Made by a program: the position numbers and the translations under genes. A stretch of 64,000 nt of DNA from Saprospiraceae bacterium (GTDB lineage: Bacteria; Bacteroidota; Bacteroidia; Chitinophagales; Saprospiraceae): the NCBI GenBank assembly GCA_020629035.1, contig JAHDEC010000010.1:1-64000 (forward strand), written 5' to 3'. Shown piece after piece: positions 10,043 through 20,742 of the stretch; position 1 is the stretch's first letter, and the number at the start of each line of letters is the position of its first letter. Below the pieces are notes generated by a model. It was not told the DNA's origin and did no database searches. It was given only the letters and a program-made list of their open reading frames with translations.

Positions 10043-11578
10043 CTATTCTTCTGAGTCTTCTGCTTCTTCCACTGCTGGTTCTTCTTTTTTCTGGACCAAG
10101 GCTGCAGGCAAACTCATACCTGATTGCTCCAAGAAGTCATTTAATTGGGGCATCATTCCGTAAAGACCTTGGACAAAGTTCCCAACTCCCTGACCGCTTC
10201 CATTATCATAAACTACTACCTTATCTATATCTAGCTCCTTAATAGCAGATGTTTGGATTTGCGCCAATTCCGTTAATTTGTCGATCATCAAGTAGCCTAT
10301 GGCACTTTGCGGGTCTCCCCCAGCCGCTTCTACTAATTTCTGAAAACCTTCTGCCTGCTTAGTTAACAAAGCTTCTTGTCCTTTTGCTTGCGCCATATAC
10401 TTAGCAAGTAAAGCATCTGCTTCCCCCTTAGCTGTTTCTCTCTGTCTTTCTGCTTCTGCCTGTGCAGCTATCACCGCTTTTTGCTTCTCGATATCAGCAT
10501 CTACCACTTCGTCTGCTTGCTTTTTTGCCAGCTCCATTTTTGCTCTAGCATCTTCAGATTCTTTCTCTGCAATATATGCTTCTTCTAGTGCTTTGGCTGC
10601 AGCCACTTTTCTCGCAGCTGTTGCTCTTCTCTCGGCTTCAGCGACTTCTATATCTCTGGTGGCATTCGAGGCTGCAATTTTAATACTGGCTGTATTTTTA
10701 CCTTCTGTTGCGATGGCGCGTGCATCCGCCTCTCCGATTTCTGCTTTAGAATTTGCTTCGGCTGTTCGCACTCTTTGTTTTTGTGTTGCTTCTGCTTCTC
10801 CGATATCGGCTAAACTGTTTGCATTTGCGATTTGAATTCTTTGCACCTGATTAGCTTCTGCTTCTCCAATTTCTGCTCGACTATTTGCATCAGCCACCTT
10901 AATTCGTTGCTCTTGCTGGGCTTCAGCTTGACCTATCGCCCCAGTTCGCTCTTCGTTCGATACTTTTACTTTTGCATCGTTGATTGCTTTAGCAGCCGCC
11001 TCCTTACCTAAAGCTTGGATATAGCCGGATTCATCTTGAATATCAGTCACGTTTACGTTGATCAGCTCTAGTCCGATTTTATGCAGCTCGTTTCCTACAT
11101 TCTGATAAACAGAATCTACAAATTTATCTCGATCAGTATTTAATTCTTCGATATCCATATTGGCAATCACCAATCTCATTTGACCCATTATTATATCGTG
11201 AGCCAAAGAACGAATGGCAGGCTGCTCCAAGCCCAAAAGTCGCTCAGCTGCAGCAATCATCAGATGTGGCTTGTTACTTACACCCACAGTGAACTGCGCA
11301 GGCACTGAAACTCGAATATTCTGCTTTGACAAGGCATCCTGAAGGTTTACATCGATGCTTATTGGAGTTAGATCGAGGTACCGATAATCTTGAATAACAG
11401 GCCATACAAAAGTAGCACCACCGGCATAACATTTGGCTGATTGTTCACCTCCAGTCTTCCCATAGACAACCAGGATTTTATCGGATGGACATCGCTTATA
11501 GCGACTGATGAAAAATAATAGTAATAAGATAGCGAGAAACAGCACAAAGCCCACTACCAATAGCAATTGAGTACCCAT
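10043..11578 (-). CDS. Flotillin / SPFH (band 7) domain protein, YqiK-like
   Basis: N-terminal TM anchor, SPFH-like core, then long A/E-rich heptad repeats (AEANSKAEIGEAEA...) typical of bacterial flotillins. Confidence 0.8.
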   Translation of the reverse strand: MGTQLLLVVGFVLFLAILLLLFFISRYKRCPSDKILVVYGKTGGEQSAKCYAGGATFVWPVIQDYRYLDLTPISIDVNLQDALSKQNIRVSVPAQFTVGVSNKPHLMIAAAERLLGLEQPAIRSLAHDIIMGQMRLVIANMDIEELNTDRDKFVDSVYQNVGNELHKIGLELINVNVTDIQDESGYIQALGKEAAAKAINDAKVKVSNEERTGAIGQAEAQQEQRIKVADANSRAEIGEAEANQVQRIQIANANSLADIGEAEATQKQRVRTAEANSKAEIGEADARAIATEGKNTASIKIAASNATRDIEVAEAERRATAARKVAAAKALEEAYIAEKESEDARAKMELAKKQADEVVDADIEKQKAVIAAQAEAERQRETAKGEADALLAKYMAQAKGQEALLTKQAEGFQKLVEAAGGDPQSAIGYLMIDKLTELAQIQTSAIKELDIDKVVVYDNGSGQGVGNFVQGLYGMMPQLNDFLEQSGMSLPAALVQKKEEPAVEEAEDSEE

Positions 11579-11602
11579 AATAATTTATATTTAGTTAAAA
11601 GA

Positions 11603-12130
11603 TCAGTTACTTTCTAATTCAACAAAAACAAATTCACCTTCGACTTCCACTACAACTATTCTTGCTCCTGTTTTTATTTCAATGTTGTCCCTAGTTTTTG
11701 CTTTAAACTCTCTGGTTGCTCCCTTTACACTTACGTTTACGAGCCCACTTCCACCTTTAGGGATTTTTAGATACACATCGCCACTTTGATACAAAGCATC
11801 TTCCATTGACCAGTTTACATTTTCTTCGTTGCGCAATAACAACTTCAACAAATAGCTGAGCAACATAAAAGCTAACACACCAGCCACGATACCTATCAGG
11901 ACAGCTAACCAGGTACTTTGTTCGTTTACCAATAGTACTTTTATAACCCAACTTGCCACTGATAAAAAGGTCAATATTCCTTTAATAACTCCGAGCCCTC
12001 CTCCGGTTTCAGTATCCACATCAGCACCCACATCTACATCCAAATCGAGACCTCCAAGGATAGACAAAAACAAGAGCAATACTAAGATTCCACCTGCGAA
12101 AAGAGAGATATATGTAAGTGTAGTCACCAT
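11603..12130 (-). CDS. NfeD-family membrane protein (YqiJ/YuaF-like partner of flotillin)
   Basis: Multi-TM N-terminus plus a C-terminal OB-fold-like segment (GATREFKAKTRDNIEIKTGARIVVVEVEGEFVFVE). It lies directly upstream of flotillin in the same orientation, the canonical pairing. Confidence 0.65.
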   Translation of the reverse strand: MVTTLTYISLFAGGILVLLLFLSILGGLDLDVDVGADVDTETGGGLGVIKGILTFLSVASWVIKVLLVNEQSTWLAVLIGIVAGVLAFMLLSYLLKLLLRNEENVNWSMEDALYQSGDVYLKIPKGGSGLVNVSVKGATREFKAKTRDNIEIKTGARIVVVEVEGEFVFVELESN

Positions 12131-12880
12131 AGGTTGATTGGATTAAATGTTGAACCTTTCTAAAGTATTAAGAATTTCTTAACATCTATAATACTAACGA
12201 AATACTTTTGAAATAAAGTTCCGTTAATCCATATCTATACATTGCCACTGAATCAAATTATTATTCATTTCCGAGTTATTTTTTCATACTGAATGCTAAG
12301 TGTGACATTACTAAAATGCAATCAAACAATATTGATTTACACATTAAAAATAATACATATTTATATTTAAAATATTTATATATTACTCATTAATAAATTT
12401 TTACACATTTAAAATATATTGAATATTATATATTCTTAATATATAAATAGAATCAACACTAAATAATAAAATAAGTGGGTTTACGAACAATTCTTCCGCT
12501 TGCTTTTTCCAATGTTATGGATTTAGAAACTGCGTTTAAATCTTTTAAAGCTTCGTTTGCTAAAGCTGAACCCTGTAAAATTTTTACGACTAAAGCAGGC
12601 TACAACACTGATAACTAAGCGGTGCTGTCCATGTTAGAAACTCAAGGCTTAGCTTTTTAAATAGCAAAAAAATTCTACTCACTTTGCAATTAGTCAATCT
12701 TAAAAAATACTATCTTTAAATTATGCAAAGTCTTTATACTTACAACTGAGCTAAAAGCATTTTAGCTTAAAAAATAATAAGTATAAATAAACTCATATAA
12801 AGTATAAAAATTAGCAGGCTTTGTATGCAAACGTTATATCCTCATAGACCTTTTAATTAAGTTTAATTCAAATTAAGTTA

Positions 12881-14671
12881 ATGCACATGAAAGCAACTAC
12901 TTTCAATTTAATTATCTCGTGTATCTTCTTTTCCTTTCAAGGAATATCGCAAGGTGTTATTTCATTTGGCGCAGGAAACGATACAGATATTATAGTCACA
13001 GCCAGCAGTTCACAAGGTAACTCTACACCTGACAAAATAGTCAATGGTGATGGTCTTGATGCAGAAAAAATGGCCGCAGCAAGGTTTTTAACCCAAGCGG
13101 GATTTGGAATGAAGATGCAAGATGTAGAGCAAGTCATTAACATTGGCTATGAATCTTGGATCAATCAAGAATTTGCTAAACCTCTGAGTCTCTATGATGA
13201 TCAAGTGGAAGAAATATGGTCTACCGTTTACCAGATGAGACTCGATGCAGGTATAGAGCCTGATATGATTTTTGGTCCTCTATCAGAACATTTTAACTAT
13301 GGATGGTGGCAGAATGTGATTACCTCAGATGACCAACTACGACATCGTATGGCCTTTAGTTTAAGCCAAATTTTGGTTGTTTCAGGTAAATCAGATCTTG
13401 ACAACTACGCTAGAGCGATGTCATCTTATTACGATGTGTTGTATAAAAATGCCTTTGGGAATTACTATGATTTACTTCTCGAAGCTACCCTTCATCCAGC
13501 TATGGGTTACTATTTATCGCACTTAAATAATGAAAAATCAAACCCAGAAAGTTTGATGAGAGCCGATGAAAACTATGCACGTGAAATCATGCAACTCTTT
13601 ACGATTGGATTGCATCAGTTAAATCAGGATGGAACCGTAAAAATGACAAGTGATGGGTTTCCACTACCCACCTATAACATAGAAGATATTAGAGAGTTAG
13701 CTAAGGTATTTACTGGATTAGGGCCAGGAGCCGTAGACCCCTTCTATCCGCATGTTGATCTTCACTTTGGCTTGGGCTTTTGGGGTGTAGAAAAGCACAC
13801 ACCGATGGCAATGTACAACGAGCACCACGACCAGAGCACTAAACACTTAATCGAAGGCAAAACACTTCCTGCAGGTCAGGATGGTATGAAAGATGTGGAG
13901 GATGCTGTTATGCATTTATTTAACCATCCAAATGTAGGACCCTTTGTGGCAAGACAACTAATTCAACGACTAGTCAAATCGAATCCTACACCTGGCTATA
14001 TTTCCAGAGTAGCTTCTGCATTTAACAATAACGGCGAGGGCGTTCGAGGTGATCTAAAAGCGGTAATTAAAGCCATCTTATTAGATTCAGAAGCACGATC
14101 ATGCGAAGCACTGGAAGATCCAAATAATGGCAAACTTAGAGAACCTATCACTAGATATGCACAACTGGCTAAAACCTTTGAACTAGTAAGTCCATTCGGT
14201 AGATACTGGGACCCGAGTGCTGGTCATCTAGAATGGACAGGACAAATGGCCTTAAATGCACCTTCTGTTTTCAACTTTTATGAGCCAGATTTTCAGCCGG
14301 CTGGTGAATTAACTCAAGCTTACTTGGTGGCTCCAGAATTTAAAATTCACAATACCAAAACAGCCATTGGATATATTAATATGATTAATGCAGCAACTAT
14401 CTGGGACACCTTTATTCGTTCTTGGGAGCTAGACTATGGCGATGAGGTGGTGCGTATGAATACTAGCGACTATGAAGCCAAAGCTGATGACATCGAGCGA
14501 GTTTTAAATGATCTTGACATACTGCTCTCTTACGGACAAATAGAGGATTGGTACCGAGACGAAATTCGAACCGCATGCAATGAGCAGTTATGGGGAGACT
14601 TAAATAAAAACAAAGTGAGAATGGCGATTTACGCCATAATGATTTCACCTTATTACACGATTCAAAAGTAA
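12881..14671 (+). CDS. DUF1800 family protein
   Basis: About 600 aa with a signal peptide. DUF1800-like core (HFNYGWWQNVITSDDQLRHRMAFSLSQILVVS). It is followed by its characteristic DUF1501 partner. Confidence 0.65.
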   Translation: MHMKATTFNLIISCIFFSFQGISQGVISFGAGNDTDIIVTASSSQGNSTPDKIVNGDGLDAEKMAAARFLTQAGFGMKMQDVEQVINIGYESWINQEFAKPLSLYDDQVEEIWSTVYQMRLDAGIEPDMIFGPLSEHFNYGWWQNVITSDDQLRHRMAFSLSQILVVSGKSDLDNYARAMSSYYDVLYKNAFGNYYDLLLEATLHPAMGYYLSHLNNEKSNPESLMRADENYAREIMQLFTIGLHQLNQDGTVKMTSDGFPLPTYNIEDIRELAKVFTGLGPGAVDPFYPHVDLHFGLGFWGVEKHTPMAMYNEHHDQSTKHLIEGKTLPAGQDGMKDVEDAVMHLFNHPNVGPFVARQLIQRLVKSNPTPGYISRVASAFNNNGEGVRGDLKAVIKAILLDSEARSCEALEDPNNGKLREPITRYAQLAKTFELVSPFGRYWDPSAGHLEWTGQMALNAPSVFNFYEPDFQPAGELTQAYLVAPEFKIHNTKTAIGYINMINAATIWDTFIRSWELDYGDEVVRMNTSDYEAKADDIERVLNDLDILLSYGQIEDWYRDEIRTACNEQLWGDLNKNKVRMAIYAIMISPYYTIQK

Positions 14672-14676
14672 CGACT

Positions 14677-16062
14677 ATGGGAATTTCAAGAAGAGAATTT
14701 ATAGCAAAAGCGAGTTGTGGAGCTATGGCGTCTACTACCCTCTTTTCCACACTGTTTAATCTAAAGGTTTTAAACGCTGCTGCCATTAGCAACAGTGCTG
14801 TATTTGGAGGCAATGATTACAAAGCCATGGTTTGCATTTTACTGTCCGGAGGTAATGACAGCTACAATATGCTCATCCCTAACGACACTTCAAGATACAA
14901 TGACTATGCAGCCAGTAGGACTAACATGGCCATTGAAAAAGAATCACTTCTTTCTTTAAACCATGCTAACCTAGCCGTCCACCCAAATATGTCTGAAGTT
15001 CAGCAACTATTTTTGGACCAAAAATTATCGTTTATTTCGAATATTGGGACTTTGATCGAACCTATAAAAGACAAATTTGAAATTAAGGATGGAATCGTAA
15101 ATGCACCCATTGATTTATTCTCACACGAAGATCAGACACAGCAATGGATGACTTCCATCCCTAATGACCAATCGGCTTTAGGATGGGGAGGAAAAATTGC
15201 TGACATGATTATGGATCAAAACGAAAATCAAGAAATTTCAATGAATATCTCACTCGCTGGAAACAACATCTTTCAGCGAGGCGTGAGCACCACTGAATAT
15301 AGCGTTGATCCTGTGTATGGAAATTTAAAAATTGATGGTTATGAGACACCTAACTTATTTGGTGAATTACGAACACAATTGATAGACAACATGGTGGAAG
15401 CTGACTATCAGGACAAGTTTAGAAAAGCTTACATCGATGTAGTGAAAGTAGCTAAAGAAACTTCCTTAGAGTTTAATGAGGCGATGGACCAATCCATCAA
15501 AGTGACCAATGAGTTTTCAGAGAACTCATTGTCTATTCAACTCAGAACTGTTGCCAACATTATTTCGGCTCAGGAAAATCTTGGGATGAAACGTCAAATA
15601 TTTTTTGTGGAGCTTTTTGGTTTTGACAATCATGATTATGCCCTTGATGTGCATGGAGAAATGTTGGAATCATTGAGTAAAGGACTCAGCGAGTTTTACA
15701 CAGCATTGGAAGAAATCAATAAGCAGGATTGCGTAACCACTTTTACCATCTCAGAATTTGGCAGAACCTTAACCTCAAATGGAGATGGAACGGATCATGC
15801 TTGGTCAGGCCACACGATAGTCATGGGCGGCCCTGTAAAAGGTGGTCAAGTGTTTGGAGATTTCCCCGACCTTGCTCTTGATTCAGATGTGGACCTTGGA
15901 GGCGGTGTGCTAGTCCCTAAAGTCTCTGTTGATGAATACTTTGCGGAGTTAGCCATTTGGTTCGGCGTTCCCAAATCAGAATTGACAAGTGTCTTTCCAA
16001 ATCTTGGAAGTTTCTATGATTGGAATAATCAGGAATTACCTCTTGGATTTTTAAATCTTTAA
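14677..16062 (+). CDS. DUF1501 family protein (Tat-exported, sulfatase-like fold)
   Basis: Twin-arginine signal MGISRREFIAKAS. Also LLSGGNDSYNMLIP, EFGRT...NGDGTDHAWSGHTIVMGGPVKGGQVFGDFPDL, which are hallmark DUF1501 motifs. Confidence 0.8.
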   Translation: MGISRREFIAKASCGAMASTTLFSTLFNLKVLNAAAISNSAVFGGNDYKAMVCILLSGGNDSYNMLIPNDTSRYNDYAASRTNMAIEKESLLSLNHANLAVHPNMSEVQQLFLDQKLSFISNIGTLIEPIKDKFEIKDGIVNAPIDLFSHEDQTQQWMTSIPNDQSALGWGGKIADMIMDQNENQEISMNISLAGNNIFQRGVSTTEYSVDPVYGNLKIDGYETPNLFGELRTQLIDNMVEADYQDKFRKAYIDVVKVAKETSLEFNEAMDQSIKVTNEFSENSLSIQLRTVANIISAQENLGMKRQIFFVELFGFDNHDYALDVHGEMLESLSKGLSEFYTALEEINKQDCVTTFTISEFGRTLTSNGDGTDHAWSGHTIVMGGPVKGGQVFGDFPDLALDSDVDLGGGVLVPKVSVDEYFAELAIWFGVPKSELTSVFPNLGSFYDWNNQELPLGFLNL

Positions 16063-16073
16063 TCGATCAAACT

Positions 16074-17888
16074 ATGTTAAAAGCTAACTATATACTTTGC
16101 GTATCATTTTTATTTCTTGGTCATTTTCTTTTTGGCCAATGTCATTTAGATCGACATAACACAGGCAAAGAAAACTCCTGGACCTCCTGCAATGCTTCAG
16201 AAAATCCGAATGCTATCAGAGGTGAATCACACTGGCTAATGATCGAACTACCAGACGAATATCCTTTAGGTGAAATCCAACTTTGGAATCACAATCATCC
16301 TGATGAATTAGAGCAAGGATTGAAGGAGATTTATATTGATCTATCGCTGGATGGAGAAACCTGGATGGAACGTGGCATTTATCCACTAGACAAAGCAAAT
16401 GCAAGTGCTTTTTACGAAGGTCAAAAACACATCAACTTGATGGGCTTTCCAGCCAAGTATGTTTTAATTACCGCCCGAGCAAACTATGGCGCAGAATGCT
16501 TTAGCCTTGCGGAAATTAGAATAAATACATCCCAAGAAAATCAACTATTTACATTTATAGATCTAGTCGAAGAAGTATCATGTTATGGAGGATCAGATGC
16601 AAGTATTTCTGTCAATGTCGCGGGAGGTAACAAACCCTACACGTATAGCTTAGATAATATTTCTTTTCAAGCTGACTCGATGTTTACTGATCTATCAGCT
16701 GGTTTATATACCATTTATGTAAAAGATTTTGAAGGCGCAGAAGGGACACCTACCGATATCTTAATTGACGAACCTGATCAAATAGTATCATCTTCTATCG
16801 CTACCGACACCTCGCTATTTGTTTCAGCAACTGGTGGAATGGGTCAATTAAGCTTCAGTTTGGATGACATCAATTATCAAGCATCCAACGAATTTTATAT
16901 TGATCAAAATGGTCAATTTAATTACTACGTAAAAGACGAAAACGAATGCAAGTCTACCTTTAGTTATACCGCTTTTATCGATTTGGATGACGATGGATTT
17001 AATTCAGATGAAGATTGCGATGACACCAACGCCGAGATAAATCCCGATTCAAACGAGATACCTAACAACGAAATTGATGAGGATTGTGATGGAGAACTAC
17101 TTTATATAGACGAAGATGGTGACGGATTTAATTCGGATGAAGATTGTGACGATAATGACCCGAATATTAATCCAGATGCTGAAGACATCCCTAATAATGA
17201 AATCGACGAAGATTGCGATGGCATTTTATTTATGATCGACGAGGATGGAGACGGCTACAACTCAGATGAGGATTGTGATGATAATGATCCTACCATTAAT
17301 CCTGGCGCGGATGAAATTCCAAATAATGGAATCGATGAAAATTGCGATGGAGTCGACATGCTAATAGATAATGATGGTGACGGATTTAACTCCAATGATG
17401 ATTGCGATGACAATGACCCCGATATTAATCCAGATGCTGAAGAAATACCTAATAATGACATTGATGAAGATTGTGATGGCGAGGCGCTTATTATAGATAA
17501 TGATGGCGATGGATTTAATTCAGACGAAGATTGTGACGATGAAAATCCAGAGGTAAATCCAGACGCTGAAGAAATTGTGGACAATGAGATAGACGAAAAC
17601 TGTGATGGCATAGTGGAAGTATCAAGCGATACCGAGGACGAAGCCTTTACATTTAGATTATTTCCAAACCCATTCCAAGACCATATAATCTTGGAAGTTT
17701 CAAATGCAGAATACAAAAAAATAGAGATCTACTCATCACAATCAAAACTTGTTGCAGAACACGTCTTGACAGACAGAAGAAACCATATCGAACTATCAGG
17801 CTTGCCTGAAGGTCCATATTTCCTCTGCATTATCGATCTTATGACGGGTAGTAGAATGACTGTACAAATAGTAAAGAGTGCTGATTAA
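16074..17888 (+). CDS. Secreted multidomain protein: discoidin (F5/8 type C) domain, SprB repeat, six tandem MopE-like Cys/Asp-rich putative metal-binding repeats, T9SS C-terminal domain
   Basis: Signal peptide. A discoidin-like N-terminal domain. CYGGSDASISVNVAGGNKPYTYSLD is a SprB-type repeat. Six copies of D.DGDGFNSDEDCDDN.P.INPDAE.IPNNEIDEDCDG. C-terminal FRLFPNPFQDHIILEV...GPYFLCII is a T9SS CTD. Confidence 0.65.
   Translation: MLKANYILCVSFLFLGHFLFGQCHLDRHNTGKENSWTSCNASENPNAIRGESHWLMIELPDEYPLGEIQLWNHNHPDELEQGLKEIYIDLSLDGETWMERGIYPLDKANASAFYEGQKHINLMGFPAKYVLITARANYGAECFSLAEIRINTSQENQLFTFIDLVEEVSCYGGSDASISVNVAGGNKPYTYSLDNISFQADSMFTDLSAGLYTIYVKDFEGAEGTPTDILIDEPDQIVSSSIATDTSLFVSATGGMGQLSFSLDDINYQASNEFYIDQNGQFNYYVKDENECKSTFSYTAFIDLDDDGFNSDEDCDDTNAEINPDSNEIPNNEIDEDCDGELLYIDEDGDGFNSDEDCDDNDPNINPDAEDIPNNEIDEDCDGILFMIDEDGDGYNSDEDCDDNDPTINPGADEIPNNGIDENCDGVDMLIDNDGDGFNSNDDCDDNDPDINPDAEEIPNNDIDEDCDGEALIIDNDGDGFNSDEDCDDENPEVNPDAEEIVDNEIDENCDGIVEVSSDTEDEAFTFRLFPNPFQDHIILEVSNAEYKKIEIYSSQSKLVAEHVLTDRRNHIELSGLPEGPYFLCIIDLMTGSRMTVQIVKSAD
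16982..17609. repeat. Coding tandem repeat array, about six units of roughly 120 bp, encoding MopE-like motifs
   Basis: Near-identical DNA and protein units containing gatgaagattgtgatgg / aatccagatgctgaaga are visible in the sequence. Confidence 0.75.
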
Positions 17889-18310
17889 TCGCTGTATGTC
17901 ATTACCCAGTTTACTTTACTGTTAAACTCAAAGAAATAAAATTGGAAAATATTCAATTCTTTTGAATGTAAGACTGGGAAGAAAACTTGATTGCTAATGT
18001 AAAAGCCTAAACTAGTTGAATGGTGGTTCCAGCATATTAAAAATCAACAGAACGCTTTTACCTTGGTCAGAAGTAAAGTTTACCAAAAACTAGCGTACGA
18101 ATAGAGTAAAGTTATTAATATTTTGCGCACTTATAGGTTGTTGTAAAACTGACCATAAGACCCTCAATCAAACGGAAATCGATACCAAATATTAAGGAGA
18201 ATAAATAGTCAAGCTAAATCAAGATGTTAAAGAAAACGTCAAAAAATCAGAAACAAACTGCGATAAAATAAATCCTTACAATTAAACTAAAACACATTAA
18301 ATCAAGATCC

Positions 18311-18835
18311 ATGAAACTGAAATATATCATTTTACTTATCCTTTTTTCTTGTCAAAAATATGGCAATACTCAAATTGACACTTTAGCACTTAAATCGATA
18401 GAAGGGATCACAGACAAAATGCTGGCACTCATTTCTGGTGATATTAACGAAAAACGAAATTGGGATGAATACAGAAACTTGTTCCTTCCAACTGCACAAA
18501 AAATATCCATTCGAGTTTCAAAAGATGGAACCGTTAAAACAAGAACGATGAACTTAGAGGAGTTTATTCGCTATGTAGGACCGCTCTACTCTCGTGATGG
18601 ATTTGAAGAGTACAAAATAGGTTTAACGATTAATGAGTTTAATGGCATCGCAAATGTCTTCCAATCCTATTACTGTAAAAACCTTATAGGTACATATGAG
18701 AAAAGAGGAGTAAATAGTTATCAACTAGTGCAGATGGACAACCGTTGGTGGATTGCAAGCACCTTATTCACAACAGAATCAGACAGCCACAAACTTCCAA
18801 ATGAATTACTTTTTTCGGAGTATCAATCAAAGTAA
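18311..18835 (+). CDS. Hypothetical lipoprotein
   Basis: Lipoprotein-like signal MKLKYIILLILFSCQKY. No recognisable domain. Confidence 0.45.
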   Translation: MKLKYIILLILFSCQKYGNTQIDTLALKSIEGITDKMLALISGDINEKRNWDEYRNLFLPTAQKISIRVSKDGTVKTRTMNLEEFIRYVGPLYSRDGFEEYKIGLTINEFNGIANVFQSYYCKNLIGTYEKRGVNSYQLVQMDNRWWIASTLFTTESDSHKLPNELLFSEYQSK

Positions 18836-18911
18836 GAAAGCTTGATTGCATTAGAAATAACCAAGAATAAGTGCCAGTTTAGGGATACTTACTAATGCTA
18901 CTATTCAATTA

Positions 18912-20021
18912 ATGACCATGATGCGACTCTTAATCATGTGTTTGGCTTGTCTTACTTTAAACCCTCAAGCAGCCTATACACAAACCAAACAATCAGCTAA
19001 CATCCAATTTATAATTACTCAATCAGGTGATTCTATAACCACAAAATCCATAAATAAATCCAGATCTAATGAAGATAGGATTGTTTACCGTCAAAAAGGT
19101 AAAACAAACATGTTAGCTGCTAACCAAGTGGACAACTATTATCAAAAAGGAAGAGTAAGAAGTATTTACGTGAGCAATATTGAGCAAACTAAATTAGTAC
19201 GATTTAGACTCGATGGAAGAATTAAATTAGCCACATCAAAAAGTAGCAAAGGCAATAAACACTTTTATTTATACCATGATGAGAAATGGGAATTTATAGA
19301 GCCTCAAACAGCAAGTATAAAAAGATATCTAAATGATCGACTTCCGAATTTCATAGAAGTCGTAGGCTCAAAAACAATTTACTATGATTTACCCGGACTA
19401 GGAAATGCTTTAGCAAAATACAATGAACATTTAGATGACAGTTATCAAAAAGTTACTGCATTTAAATTTAAAGAAGTTACCAAATTTGGCATTTATTCAG
19501 CTGCCGGGCTTGGGAACTTCAAAATGATTGACCCAGAGTCTACGTTCAACAACTCTGCAATTTACAATTTGGGTCTAATCATTGATTTGCGATTTAGCAG
19601 ACGTTTTACTGGTAAGCTTCAGGCCACTTACCAATCAGGACATTGGGAAAACAGGGCTTGGGAAATCCAGCTAAGAAATGCTATAATTTCTCCTTCGCTA
19701 GGCTATGTTGTTAACCCATTGTATAAAAGAAAACTCTACGTATTAGTGGGATTGCCTGTCGGATTCAATCTAAATTCAGTATTTACAGATAAGGATGTGA
19801 TAGCGGATCCGTCAAAAAACCCAATTGGCACAGGTAGGTTGGGCTTTGGTTATGATATACAGCTCGCAGGTGAAATAACTAACAAGATTGAAGTTTTTGC
19901 ATCCTACCAGTATATCAGAAATTCTAAATCCGAGGAACATCCAGTCTTGACAGCTTCGGACCGTTTTATTAGTTATTCGGTAAACCAGTTTAGAATTGGA
20001 CTCTATTACTATCTCTTTTAA
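18912..20021 (+). CDS. Putative outer-membrane beta-barrel protein
   Basis: Signal peptide. Alternating amphipathic strands. C-terminal aromatic residue (..GLYYYLF) typical of OMP barrels. Confidence 0.35.
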   Translation: MTMMRLLIMCLACLTLNPQAAYTQTKQSANIQFIITQSGDSITTKSINKSRSNEDRIVYRQKGKTNMLAANQVDNYYQKGRVRSIYVSNIEQTKLVRFRLDGRIKLATSKSSKGNKHFYLYHDEKWEFIEPQTASIKRYLNDRLPNFIEVVGSKTIYYDLPGLGNALAKYNEHLDDSYQKVTAFKFKEVTKFGIYSAAGLGNFKMIDPESTFNNSAIYNLGLIIDLRFSRRFTGKLQATYQSGHWENRAWEIQLRNAIISPSLGYVVNPLYKRKLYVLVGLPVGFNLNSVFTDKDVIADPSKNPIGTGRLGFGYDIQLAGEITNKIEVFASYQYIRNSKSEEHPVLTASDRFISYSVNQFRIGLYYYLF

Positions 20022-20163
20022 AATCTTTCATGATGATAGTGAAAAAAAATATTCAGCGGTTTACTGGCTATTGACAAACACAAAAGCCCTGCAAGGTCTG
20101 TGGTTTTGTGATGCGCTGTTAGGCAATAGATATATCAGTGCAATTTATTCCTACCATTTCTAA

Positions 20164-20742
20164 TTAACTTCCGGGCAGCTTTTGACCCAGAGAAGATAAT
20201 TTTGCAATTTTCTCCAGCCTATTCCTTCTTGTTTTATCTGTTTTTGCAAGTTTAATCCATCTCAATACAAATCTTTTGCTTGAGTTATTTATGCTATTAA
20301 AGAATTCGAAAGCTCCCTCAAAATTATTGAGTGAAGTTTTAAGATCCTTGGGGATTAGCAAGTTATCTACATCGTCCATAAAATTCCACAAACCACTTTC
20401 TTTTCCCTGCTTGATTGATTCAAGTCCAGATTGATGCATTTTATTTTCCTCTATAAGTCTACTTGCTCGTTCTTTATAGGTTTTTGCCCAATGCTGTGCT
20501 CTTCTAGGAGTTATTAATTGCATGGTTCGAGCGTTATCTAATTTTCTCCGGATTCCATCTATCCATCCAAAGCAAATTAGCTCATCCAAAACCTCTTCTC
20601 GTGAGACATATTTTTCTTTTTCGGATTTTTTATAACTAACTAGCCATACTCCCTCAGTTCGACCATGGTTATTATATATCCAAGAGCGCAGTTCGCTCGC
20701 ACATTTTATTTCTAACTTTTCGAAACGCTCAGTTTTTATCAT
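20164..20742 (-). CDS. YdeI/OmpD-associated-like family protein (DUF), cytoplasmic
   Basis: 192 aa. W..GWIDG......D......PRR..S.WS..N-type pattern (ICFGWIDGIRRKLDNARTMQLITPRRAQHWAK) recalls the YdeI/OmdA family. Confidence 0.35.
   Translation of the reverse strand: MIKTERFEKLEIKCASELRSWIYNNHGRTEGVWLVSYKKSEKEKYVSREEVLDELICFGWIDGIRRKLDNARTMQLITPRRAQHWAKTYKERASRLIEENKMHQSGLESIKQGKESGLWNFMDDVDNLLIPKDLKTSLNNFEGAFEFFNSINNSSKRFVLRWIKLAKTDKTRRNRLEKIAKLSSLGQKLPGS

Noticed and set aside
10593-10835. 80-aa plus-strand ORF inside the flotillin gene
   Set aside because: It is the antisense shadow of the A/E-rich repeat region (GC-rich codons give open frames on the opposite strand). It has no start context.
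12517-12618. 33-codon ORF (MDLETAFKSFKASFAKAEPCKIFTTKAGYNTDN) in the long AT-rich spacer
   Set aside because: Too short, no recognisable RBS or -7 box and no homology cue. Mentioned only in the spacer finding.
16982-17609. Possible CRISPR array suggested by regular repeats
   Set aside because: The repeats are about 120 bp, in frame, translated as a conserved protein motif and have no repeat-spacer alternation. No cas genes are nearby.
17255-17716. 153-aa minus-strand S-rich ORF
   Set aside because: It is antisense to the MopE-like tandem repeats (GAT/GAA-rich sense codons read as Ser-rich on the antisense strand). It is a repeat artefact.
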